The translations under genes and the position numbers were made by a program. The notes beneath the pieces were generated by a model that saw only the letters and a list, made by a program, of their open reading frames with translations, had not been told where the DNA came from and ran no database searches. 64,000 nucleotides of DNA from Candidatus Fusicatenibacter intestinigallinarum. Lineage in GTDB: Bacteria > Bacillota > Clostridia > Lachnospirales > Lachnospiraceae. Shown here in pieces: positions 56,974 to 64,000 of this stretch; position 1 is the first letter of the stretch, and every line of letters starts with the position of its first letter. The stretch spans positions 11,032 to 75,031 of the forward strand of contig DWWU01000034.1 of NCBI GenBank assembly GCA_019119555.1, given 5' to 3'.

Positions 56974-57011
56974 TGTGCATAAGTATACATCATCTTTGAA
57001 TATTATGCAAG
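56974..57011 (-). promoter_or_regulatory. argC promoter overlapped by ARG boxes
   Basis: TTGCAT-N17-TATACT; TGCATAAGTATACA and TGCATAATATTCAA resemble ArgR/AhrC boxes. Confidence 0.75.
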
Positions 57012-57033
57012 TTTTTTTCGGAGGATTTAAAAA

Positions 57034-57170
57034 ATGCCGTAACCCTTCCGCCAGTGGGACGGTTACGGCATCTGTCTATGGAAAATCGCTTTGTGATGGG
57101 ACGTATGCCGCAGACACCATACTTTCCCACAATCTGTGCAGGGAATACAGAGACCTGGCTGAACTGTAAC
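57034..57170 (-). repeat. Dispersed structured repeat, copy D (diverged)
   Basis: ATGCCGTAAC..GTTACGGCAT palindrome, ATGGAAAATCGCTTTGTGATGGG, TCTGTGCAGGGAA..GACCTGGCTGAACTGTAAC. Confidence 0.8.
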
Positions 57171-57176
57171 AAAAGG

Positions 57177-57214
57177 CTTGCATAATAATCAAAAATGATG
57201 TATATTTAATCCAG
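57177..57214 (+). promoter_or_regulatory. argG promoter overlapped by ARG boxes
   Basis: TTGCAT-N17-TATATT; near mirror copy of the argC promoter. Confidence 0.7.
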
Positions 57215-57343
57215 ACTTGATTCAACGGTACCGCCGGCTCTCCGGCGCCGCCGTTCAGACAGAAGGATAATCCGTCTTCCGCAGCGTACTGGCAACGGAC
57301 AGATATGCGCAAAACAGACGGAAAGATTCAGGGAGGAATTATT

Positions 57344-58567
57344 ATGAAAGAAAAGGTAGTACTTGCTTATTCCGGCGGCCTTGACACCACTGCGGTCATT
57401 CCGTGGCTGAAGGAAAATTTTGACTATGAGGTCATCTGTTGCTGCGTCAACTGCGGCCAGGGAAACGAGCTGGAGGGTCTGGAGGAACGCGCAAAGCTCT
57501 CCGGCGCATCCAAACTGTATATTGAAGACATTATCGACGAGTTCTGTGACGAGTACATTATGCCCTGTGTACAGGCAGGCGCTGTGTACGAGCACAAATA
57601 TCTGCTGGGAACTTCAATGGCGCGTCCGGTCATCGCGAAAAAACTGGTGGAGATCGCGAGAAAAGAAGGCGCATCTGCAATCTGTCACGGTGCAACCGGT
57701 AAAGGAAACGACCAGATCCGCTTTGAGCTTGCCATCAAAGCGCTGGCTCCGGATCTGAAAATCATCGCTCCGTGGAGAATGACTGACGTATGGACCATGC
57801 AGTCCCGCGAAGATGAAATTGAATACTGCCACAAACATGGCATCGACCTTCCGTTCGACGCCAGCCACAGCTACAGCCGCGACAGAAACCTGTGGCACAT
57901 CAGCCATGAGGGACTGGAGCTGGAGGATCCGTCCAACGCGCCGAATTATGACGACATGCTCGTTCTCAGCGTGACGCCTCAGAAAGCTCCGGATCAGGAA
58001 GAACTGGTTACAATGACTTTTGAGCAGGGCGTTCCGAAAACACTGAACGGAAAAGCCATGAAAGTATCCGAGATCATCACCGAGCTGAACAAAATGGGCG
58101 GCAGAAACGGTATCGGTATCGTCGACATCGTGGAAAACCGTGTGGTAGGAATGAAATCCAGAGGTGTCTATGAGACTCCGGGAGGAACGATTCTGATGGA
58201 AGCCCACGAGCAGCTGGAAGAGCTGATCCTCGACCGTGATACCATGGAGATGAAAAAGAAACTGGGCAGCCAGTTCGCTCAGGTGGTTTACGAAGGCAAA
58301 TGGTTCACTCCTCTGAGAGAGGCGCTTCAGGCATTCGTGGAATCCACCCAGAAATATGTAACCGGAGAAGTAAAATTCAAGCTGTACAAAGGCAACATCA
58401 TAAAAGCAGGCACCACCTCCCCGTACAGCCTCTACAATGAATCTCTTGCTTCCTTTACCACCGGCGATCTGTACGATCACCACGACGCGGACGGATTCAT
58501 CACTCTGTTCGGCCTCCCGCTGAAAGTAAGAGCCATGAAAATGCAGGAGTTGGAGAAAAACAAATAA
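57344..58567 (+). CDS. argG: Argininosuccinate synthase
   Basis: [41 protein letters not shown]; start after GGAGG. Confidence 0.97.
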   Translation: MKEKVVLAYSGGLDTTAVIPWLKENFDYEVICCCVNCGQGNELEGLEERAKLSGASKLYIEDIIDEFCDEYIMPCVQAGAVYEHKYLLGTSMARPVIAKKLVEIARKEGASAICHGATGKGNDQIRFELAIKALAPDLKIIAPWRMTDVWTMQSREDEIEYCHKHGIDLPFDASHSYSRDRNLWHISHEGLELEDPSNAPNYDDMLVLSVTPQKAPDQEELVTMTFEQGVPKTLNGKAMKVSEIITELNKMGGRNGIGIVDIVENRVVGMKSRGVYETPGGTILMEAHEQLEELILDRDTMEMKKKLGSQFAQVVYEGKWFTPLREALQAFVESTQKYVTGEVKFKLYKGNIIKAGTTSPYSLYNESLASFTTGDLYDHHDADGFITLFGLPLKVRAMKMQELEKNK

Positions 58568-58583
58568 AATCCAGGAAACACTT

Positions 58584-58611
58584 ACAGCCGTTCAGGTGAC
58601 TGAACGGCTGT
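58584..58611. repeat. REP-like palindrome after argG
   Basis: ACAGCCGTTCAG GTGA CTGAACGGCTGT perfect 12-bp stem. Confidence 0.8.
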
Positions 58612-58652
58612 TTGCATGTTCCACTGCATTTTTATACATCCTCTTTTCTCAC

Positions 58653-58922
58653 TCATTCTGTTTCTCCATCTTCCATCGGAAAAAATTCCGTCTCCTCCGT
58701 CACATCCACCGGCACGGAAAATCCGGAAATGATTTTATCATAACATGCTTCACAGAGATCAAACGAATGCTTTTCCATATCCTTGCCGGAGAAGTACCCC
58801 CACCTGGGTTCCAGATGGCAGGCTCCCTCTTTCAGAATTCCCTGATCCACGTTCAGTTCCCTGCCGCAGCAGTTGCAGATAACCTGTTTCAGTTCTCCTG
58901 TCTGTTTCTGATAGCGACGCAT
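58653..58922 (-). CDS. Small Cys-rich hypothetical protein (possible Zn ribbon)
   Basis: ICNCCG...WGYFS.KD...FDLCEACYD; start after GGAGG. Confidence 0.7.
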   Translation of the reverse strand: MRRYQKQTGELKQVICNCCGRELNVDQGILKEGACHLEPRWGYFSGKDMEKHSFDLCEACYDKIISGFSVPVDVTEETEFFPMEDGETE

Positions 58923-59174
58923 ATCTTTCCTCCCTTGAATCCGCCCGGAAGTCTTCCGGAAGTCCGCGGCTCTATGTCCGGCAGAACTCCCGAAAGACTT
59001 ACGGCTCCTCTGTAAAACCGGTTGTCCCGTAAATAACTGTACCGCAGATGCCCGCAGGCGCTGCGTTTCCCGGGACCGGTACAAAAAAGCACCGGCCTCG
59101 CTGAACAGTTGTCATTTTACCATAGTTTTTTCTGCTTTCCAAGCGGGAATCATTTCCTGCGCAGCCGCTCAGCT

Positions 59175-59199
59175 GCCGTTCAGCCGGCTGAACGGTTAC
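59175..59199. repeat. REP-like palindrome overlapping the rimI stop
   Basis: GCCGTTCAGCCGGCTGAACGGTTAC. Confidence 0.8.
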
Positions 59200-59642
59200 G
59201 CCGCCCGCCGGCTCATCAGAACAGCATCCTCCTTTGGCTCCTCATAATACCCTTTTCTCAGCCCGTCCTGCACAAATCCGAGGGATTCGTAAAGCCGGAT
59301 CGCGCTCTCATTGCTCTGCCGCACCTCCAGATGCCAGGTGGAAACCCCTCTTTTCGCTGTCTCTCCTATCAGCCGTTCCACCAGTTTCCTGCCGATGCCC
59401 TTTCGCCGGTCAGCCTCCCTGACGCATACATTTGTGATATCGCCCTCGTCCAGGCTGAGAATGATTCCACAGTAGCCGAGAATCTCACTGGTTTCCTCTT
59501 CCTCCGCTACCAGAAACAGAGCATCCTCTCTGATCAGAAACGTAAAAAAGCCATTGGCTGTCCAGGGAACGGAAAAGTTTGCCTCCTCAATCGGCAGTAC
59601 CTGATCCAGATCTGTAATCTCCATCTGTCGTATGATAATCAT
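59196..59642 (-). CDS. rimI: Ribosomal protein alanine N-acetyltransferase
   Basis: FSVPW, ITNVCV, RRKGIG, LEVRQSN..A..LYESLGF, RKGYY. Confidence 0.92.
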   Translation of the reverse strand: MIIIRQMEITDLDQVLPIEEANFSVPWTANGFFTFLIREDALFLVAEEEETSEILGYCGIILSLDEGDITNVCVREADRRKGIGRKLVERLIGETAKRGVSTWHLEVRQSNESAIRLYESLGFVQDGLRKGYYEEPKEDAVLMSRRAA

Positions 59643-60391
59643 TATACGTTCTCCTTCTGCTCTCCGCTGCTTTCTCTGTCCTCTGTCTTCTGTTTTTCCC
59701 GTTCCTCGCGTTCTCTTTCCGCCTGAGATTTTCTCAGATACTCCGGCGCCATCTCTTCCGCCGGCTGGCATTTCCCCTCTCTGTAGTAACGCTCCGCCAG
59801 AGCGCCCACGGCCGCAGCCCTCTGCCGGTTCAGATGGGCAGGCGCAAAGGAATAGGAAATCTGCAGCATCTGCTCCAGCTGCTCTTGATAGACGGGCACG
59901 CCATCCCCCAGCAGAATCACCTCCTGGCCGAGCTCATTCAGCGTCTGCGCCAGATCAGCGACACTGACCGCCTCCTGCGGCTGTATCACATCCAGCATCC
60001 CGTCTGTATAGCAATAAATGCCCGTATATACCTGACTGCGCCGCGCGTCCATCAGAGGGCAGATCAGCCGGTCCGTCACTCCGATATTATATGCCAGCGC
60101 ATCCACAGTCGGAACCGCGATCAGGGGCTTTCTCAGCGCCAGTCCCAGTCCCTTTGCCGTTGCAGCGCCGATCCGCAGTCCGGTAAACGACCCGGGTCCC
60201 GCAGCAACCGCTATCGCATCAATAGTCTGTAAATCCAGTTCCAGCATCTGCACCACCGCATCCAACATCGGAAGAAGCGTCTGCGAATGCGTTTTTTTAT
60301 GATTGATCGTATATTCTCCCAGCAGCGTATCATCCTCCAGCACCGCTGCCGATGCCACCAGTCCGGAACTGTCAAGCGCAAGTAGTTTCAT
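59642..60391 (-). CDS. tsaB: t6A biosynthesis protein TsaB
   Basis: LALDSS, HSQTLLP, GPGSFTGLRIG, DARR, PEYLR. Confidence 0.95.
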   Translation of the reverse strand: MKLLALDSSGLVASAAVLEDDTLLGEYTINHKKTHSQTLLPMLDAVVQMLELDLQTIDAIAVAAGPGSFTGLRIGAATAKGLGLALRKPLIAVPTVDALAYNIGVTDRLICPLMDARRSQVYTGIYCYTDGMLDVIQPQEAVSVADLAQTLNELGQEVILLGDGVPVYQEQLEQMLQISYSFAPAHLNRQRAAAVGALAERYYREGKCQPAEEMAPEYLRKSQAEREREEREKQKTEDRESSGEQKENV

Positions 60392-60918
60392 TTTTTACCT
60401 CCTTCCGACACATCCGCCGCGTCATCCCGGCAGATCTCAGAACCGTCTGCCGGACGGTTCTCCCTGTTTTTTATCTTCTGCTCTGTTTCCGCATCCAGTC
60501 CTTCCAGTGTGATTCTGCGATGGTCAAAACCTTTTTCCAGTTCTTTTTCAATCTTTACTGAAATCACATGCTCCGGAAGGAGCTCACGGATCAGATCCGC
60601 CCACTCGATCAGGCAGACGCCTTCCCCGAAGAAATAATCATCGTATCCGATTTCTTCCATCTCTTCAATGTCTCCGATCCGGTACACATCAAAATGATAA
60701 AACGGCAGGCGTCCTTCCTCATATACCTGGACGATCGTAAAGGTCGGGCTGTTTACCGCTTCCCGGATTCCAAGCCCCCGGGCGAACCCCTGAGTGAAAA
60801 CCGTCTTTCCCACTCCCAGATCTCCGACCATCGTATAAATCTGACCGGGCCGCGCCTGGCTGCCGAGAAATTCCCCCAGCGCCCGGGTTTCGCGGGTGTT
60901 CGTTGTCTCTATGATCAT
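60388..60918 (-). CDS. tsaE: t6A biosynthesis ATPase TsaE
   Basis: GDLGVGKT, NSPTF, HFDVYR, LIEW. Confidence 0.95.
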   Translation of the reverse strand: MIIETTNTRETRALGEFLGSQARPGQIYTMVGDLGVGKTVFTQGFARGLGIREAVNSPTFTIVQVYEEGRLPFYHFDVYRIGDIEEMEEIGYDDYFFGEGVCLIEWADLIRELLPEHVISVKIEKELEKGFDHRRITLEGLDAETEQKIKNRENRPADGSEICRDDAADVSEGGKK

Positions 60919-61041
60919 AATTTTTCTCCTGTTGTCTGTTTTCTCCGGGGCGGTTCACAGACCGGAACCGCCCCGGGACTTTTTGCCACGAAATTATTTT
61001 AACATACCCGTCAGAACGATACAATGGAAATAAAATTCTGC

Positions 61042-61070
61042 TTGCCCTGAGAATGCAAAACACTTATAAT
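61042..61070 (+). promoter_or_regulatory. Sigma-A promoter of the cyclophilin gene
   Basis: TTGCCC-N17-TATAAT. Confidence 0.65.
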
Positions 61071-61102
61071 CGAACTATAAAAACAAAAGGAGAAAAAAGA
61101 AT

Positions 61103-61624
61103 ATGGCAAATCCTATCGTTACATTTACGATGCAGAACGGCGGCGTAATCAAAGCGGAACTTTATCCGGAGATCGCGCCCAATACCGTCAATAATTTTAT
61201 CAGCCTTGTGCAGAAAGGATTCTACGACGGCCTGATCTTTCACCGTGTCATCCGCGGGTTTATGATTCAGGGCGGAGATCCGCAGGGCACGGGAATCGGC
61301 GGCCCCGGTTATTCGATTCCCGGAGAATTCGCTCAGAACGGCTTTCTGACCAACAATCTGGCGCACACCGAAGGCGTCCTTTCCATGGCACGGGCAATGG
61401 ATCCGGACTCCGCAGGTTCCCAGTTCTTTATCATGCACAAAACCTCTCCGCATCTGGACGGCGCCTATGCCGCTTTCGGAAAGGTAATTGAAGGTATGGA
61501 CGTCGTCAATGCAATTGCGGAGACCGCCACTGACTTCCGTGATCGTCCTCTGGAAGACCAGAAGATGGCATCCGTAACCGTGGAGACTTTCGGCACAGAG
61601 TATCCGGAACCGGAGAAATGCTGA
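61103..61624 (+). CDS. ppiB: Cyclophilin-type peptidyl-prolyl isomerase
   Basis: FHRVIRGFMIQGGDP, LSMAR, SAGSQFFI, HLDG.Y..FGKV. Confidence 0.93.
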   Translation: MANPIVTFTMQNGGVIKAELYPEIAPNTVNNFISLVQKGFYDGLIFHRVIRGFMIQGGDPQGTGIGGPGYSIPGEFAQNGFLTNNLAHTEGVLSMARAMDPDSAGSQFFIMHKTSPHLDGAYAAFGKVIEGMDVVNAIAETATDFRDRPLEDQKMASVTVETFGTEYPEPEKC

Positions 61625-61700
61625 TGGCATAAACAAAGAATTTATAAAAAATATCGACACCCTACGCGTGCGTTTCCGCCTCTGAGGATGTCGATGTTTC

Positions 61701-61728
61701 GTGACAGTTCAGCAGGCTGAACTGTCAC
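61701..61728. repeat. REP-like palindrome between ppiB and Rrf2
   Basis: GTGACAGTTCAGC AG GCTGAACTGTCAC perfect stem. Confidence 0.8.
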
Positions 61729-61743
61729 AATTTTTCTGTATTG

Positions 61744-62157
61744 TTACATTCTCTTCTCATCTGCCAGATCTTCAAGCGTCCGGCCGTCCACCACCTGGCG
61801 CACTGCCTGGTTCAGCTCTTCCCACAGCCGCAGGGTCGTACAGTGTTCTGCCCGCGGACAAAGATTCTTTTCGGCCTCCAGACATTCCACCGGAGCCAGA
61901 TTTCCCTCCGTCAGACGCAGAATTTCACCTGCCGTATACTCCTTCGGTTCCCTCGTAAGAATATATCCTCCCTGCGCGCCCCGGACGCTTTTCAAATAAC
62001 CCGCCCGGGTCAGAACTGCTGCAATCTGCTCCAGATATTTCACGGAAATTCCCTGCCTCTGCGCAATCTCCCGCAGCGCAACCGGACATTCCCGTCCCTG
62101 CTGTGCAATGTCCACCATCATTCTCAGCGCGTATCTGCCCTTCGTTGAAATCTTCAT
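61744..62157 (-). CDS. Rrf2-family regulator (CymR/IscR-like)
   Basis: MKISTKGRYALR, KYLEQI, SVRGAQGGY; three Cys retained; follows cysK and metY. Confidence 0.9.
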   Translation of the reverse strand: MKISTKGRYALRMMVDIAQQGRECPVALREIAQRQGISVKYLEQIAAVLTRAGYLKSVRGAQGGYILTREPKEYTAGEILRLTEGNLAPVECLEAEKNLCPRAEHCTTLRLWEELNQAVRQVVDGRTLEDLADEKRM

Positions 62158-62226
62158 GCATCTGTCTCCATTTCTTCTGATCCTCCCGCCGTCTCCGGAC
62201 GGTCCATTCTTTCCGCAGGGCGACCG

Positions 62227-63537
62227 TTATTCCGAACAGCTGCGAAATGCTGTCTCCAGATCTTCCAGAATATCATCGATATGCTCTGTTCCCACAGAAA
62301 GCCGGATGGTATTCGGCGCGATTCCCTGCTCCCTCAGCTCTTCCTCGTTCAGCTGGGCATGGGTTGTGGAGGCCGGATGAATCACCAGCGATTTTACGTC
62401 CGCCACATTTGCCAGCAGGGAGAAGAGTTTCAGATGATCGATGAAATTTTTTGCCTTTCTCTCGTCTCCTTTGATTTCAAATGTAAAAATCGAACCGCCT
62501 CCTCTGGGGAAATACTTCCGGTACAGCTCTCTCTGACGGGGATCTTCCGTCACCGAAGGGTGATGTACCGCTGCCACCTGGGGATGGCTGCTGAGGTATC
62601 TGGCCACCTTCTCTGCATTCTCCACATGACGTTCCACGCGCAGGGAGAACGTCTCCAGCCCCTGCAGAAACAGGAACGCATGAAACGGCGACAGCGTAGC
62701 TCCCATATCCCGAAGAAGAATCGCCCGGATCTTCGTCACAAACGCTGCCGGACCGGCCGCTTTGACAAAACTGACCCCATGGTAGCTGGGATTCGGCTCC
62801 GTCAGCGACGGAAATTTTCCGGAGGCTTCCCAGTCGAAGGTTCCGCCCTCCACAATCACTCCTCCGATCGCCGTACCGTGACCGCCGATGAATTTTGTCG
62901 CCGAATGTACCACGATATCCGCCCCATGCTCCAGCGGGCGGATCAGATACGGCGTTCCGAACGTATTGTCAACCACCAGCGGAATGCCGTGTCTGTGCGC
63001 AATCTCTGCCGCCTGCTCCAGATCCACGACCTCCGAGCGGGGATTTCCCAGCGTCTCGACAAATATCGCCTTCGTCTCCGGCCGGATCGCAGCCTCCACC
63101 TGTTCCGGCTGAAAAATATCCACAAAAGTGGTTGTAATACCATATTCCGGCAGCGTGTGAGCCAGCAGATTGTAAGTTCCTCCGTAAATATTGCATGCGG
63201 AGACAAAGTGATCCCCGGCGGACGCAAGATTCTCAAAAGTATAGGCAAGCGCCGCAGCTCCCGAAGCCACCGCCAGCGCTGCGCTTCCCCCTTCCAGCGC
63301 CGCCATACGCCGCTCAAAGACCTCCTGGGTCGGGTTCGTCAGCCTTCCGTAGATATTTCCTGCATCTTCCAGGGCAAATCTCGCTGCCGCATGGTCGCAG
63401 TCGTGAAATACATAGGAAGAGGTCGCATAAATCGGAACCGCCCTCGCGTCCGTTGCCGGATCCGGCTGCTCCTGGCCTGCATGAAGCTGCAGTGTCTCAA
63501 AGTGTAATTTCCGTTCCGCCCTTGTTGTTCTGTTCAT
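62227..63537 (-). CDS. metY: O-acetylhomoserine aminocarboxypropyltransferase / cysteine synthase
   Basis: [53 protein letters not shown]. Confidence 0.92.
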   Translation of the reverse strand: MNRTTRAERKLHFETLQLHAGQEQPDPATDARAVPIYATSSYVFHDCDHAAARFALEDAGNIYGRLTNPTQEVFERRMAALEGGSAALAVASGAAALAYTFENLASAGDHFVSACNIYGGTYNLLAHTLPEYGITTTFVDIFQPEQVEAAIRPETKAIFVETLGNPRSEVVDLEQAAEIAHRHGIPLVVDNTFGTPYLIRPLEHGADIVVHSATKFIGGHGTAIGGVIVEGGTFDWEASGKFPSLTEPNPSYHGVSFVKAAGPAAFVTKIRAILLRDMGATLSPFHAFLFLQGLETFSLRVERHVENAEKVARYLSSHPQVAAVHHPSVTEDPRQRELYRKYFPRGGGSIFTFEIKGDERKAKNFIDHLKLFSLLANVADVKSLVIHPASTTHAQLNEEELREQGIAPNTIRLSVGTEHIDDILEDLETAFRSCSE

Positions 63538-63553
63538 ATTCTGTTCTCCTTTC

Positions 63554-63656
63554 GCAACCGTTCCGCAGGCTGAACGGTTCCCGATTCCTTCCTTTTTGTG
63601 TATTGTCAGCCTTGCAGCCATGTACAGCGTAACCGTTCATCTGGCTGAACTGTAAC
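63554..63656. repeat. Two REP-like palindromes between cysK and metY
   Basis: GCAACCGTTCCGCAGGCTGAACGGTTC (63554) and GTAACCGTTCATCTGGCTGAACTGTAAC (63629). Confidence 0.8.
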
Positions 63657-63693
63657 AACGGTTACGCTACAGTACGGTTTCGCCTGTCTGTTG

Positions 63694-64000
63694 TCAGTCT
63701 TCCACCTGGGGAAACAAATCTGTGGAATAATAGCGGTCCGCGCTGTCCGGAAGCAAAACAACTATGGTTTTTCCTTCATTCTCCGGCCTTGCGGCAACCC
63801 GAATGGCAGCATGCAGCGCGGCTCCGGAGGAAATTCCCACCAGAATTCCTTCCGTTTTCGCCAGCTCCTGTCCCATAAGAAACGGCGCCTCATTGTCTGC
63901 CGTCAGGATTTCATCGTAAATCTCCGTATCCAGAACCTCCGGAACAAAACCGGCGCCGATGCCCTGAATCGCATGCGCGCCTGCCGTTCCCCCGGACAGC
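63694..64000 (-). CDS. cysK: Cysteine synthase A, C-terminal part (starts beyond the window)
   Basis: [12 protein letters not shown]...[12 protein letters not shown]...[14 protein letters not shown]. Confidence 0.9.
   Translation of the reverse strand, partial: LSGGTAGAHAIQGIGAGFVPEVLDTEIYDEILTADNEAPFLMGQELAKTEGILVGISSGAALHAAIRVAARPENEGKTIVVLLPDSADRYYSTDLFPQVED

Noticed and set aside
56979-57209. 33-bp imperfect inverted repeat as a second invertible segment
   Set aside because: Explained by paired divergent promoters with ARG boxes; mismatched, and no recombinase nearby.
63538-63693. SAM riboswitch or T-box before metY
   Set aside because: The short intergenic region is occupied by REP-like palindromes; no S-box or T-box consensus seen.

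Overview
Chromosomal segment of a Clostridia (Lachnospiraceae-like) bacterium, with most genes on the minus strand. Housekeeping blocks: pstSCAB-phoU-phoP-phoR with PHO boxes; rpmG-secE-nusG-rplK-rplA; phasin-like plus UbiB kinase; NUDIX, proB, GT2, UDP-sugar pyrophosphorylase and yicI; spoIIP-gpr-holA-rpsT-comEC-GerMN-TCS-comEA; argCJBD and argG; tsaE-tsaB-rimI; ppi, Rrf2, metY and cysK. The standout is a ~21 kb accessory locus (12585-33624). Within it, a 1.18 kb segment (32371-33548) is bounded by perfect 27-bp inverted tyrosine-recombinase-type sites (10-bp palindromic arms, 7-bp asymmetric core). The segment carries its own recombinase gene, frameshifted before the catalytic Tyr, and an outward-facing TTGACA-N17-TAAAAT promoter. 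That promoter now points at a SARP/BTAD regulator with a degenerate GGDEF domain and an intact RxxD site; if flipped it would run into a terminator. Downstream, one long operon mixes a sortase pilus (2169-aa His/Cys-repeat adhesin, major pilin, two class C sortases, LepB-type peptidase) with a SipW/TasA-like matrix module. Together these suggest a phase-variable, possibly c-di-GMP-responsive hybrid fibre system (inference). The window also holds a dispersed ~130-bp three-hairpin repeat and many related REP-like palindromes, some forming gene ends and flanking an apparently inverted holA-rpsT block. No rRNA, tRNA or CRISPR array was recognised. All calls come from reading the sequence; no database searches were run.
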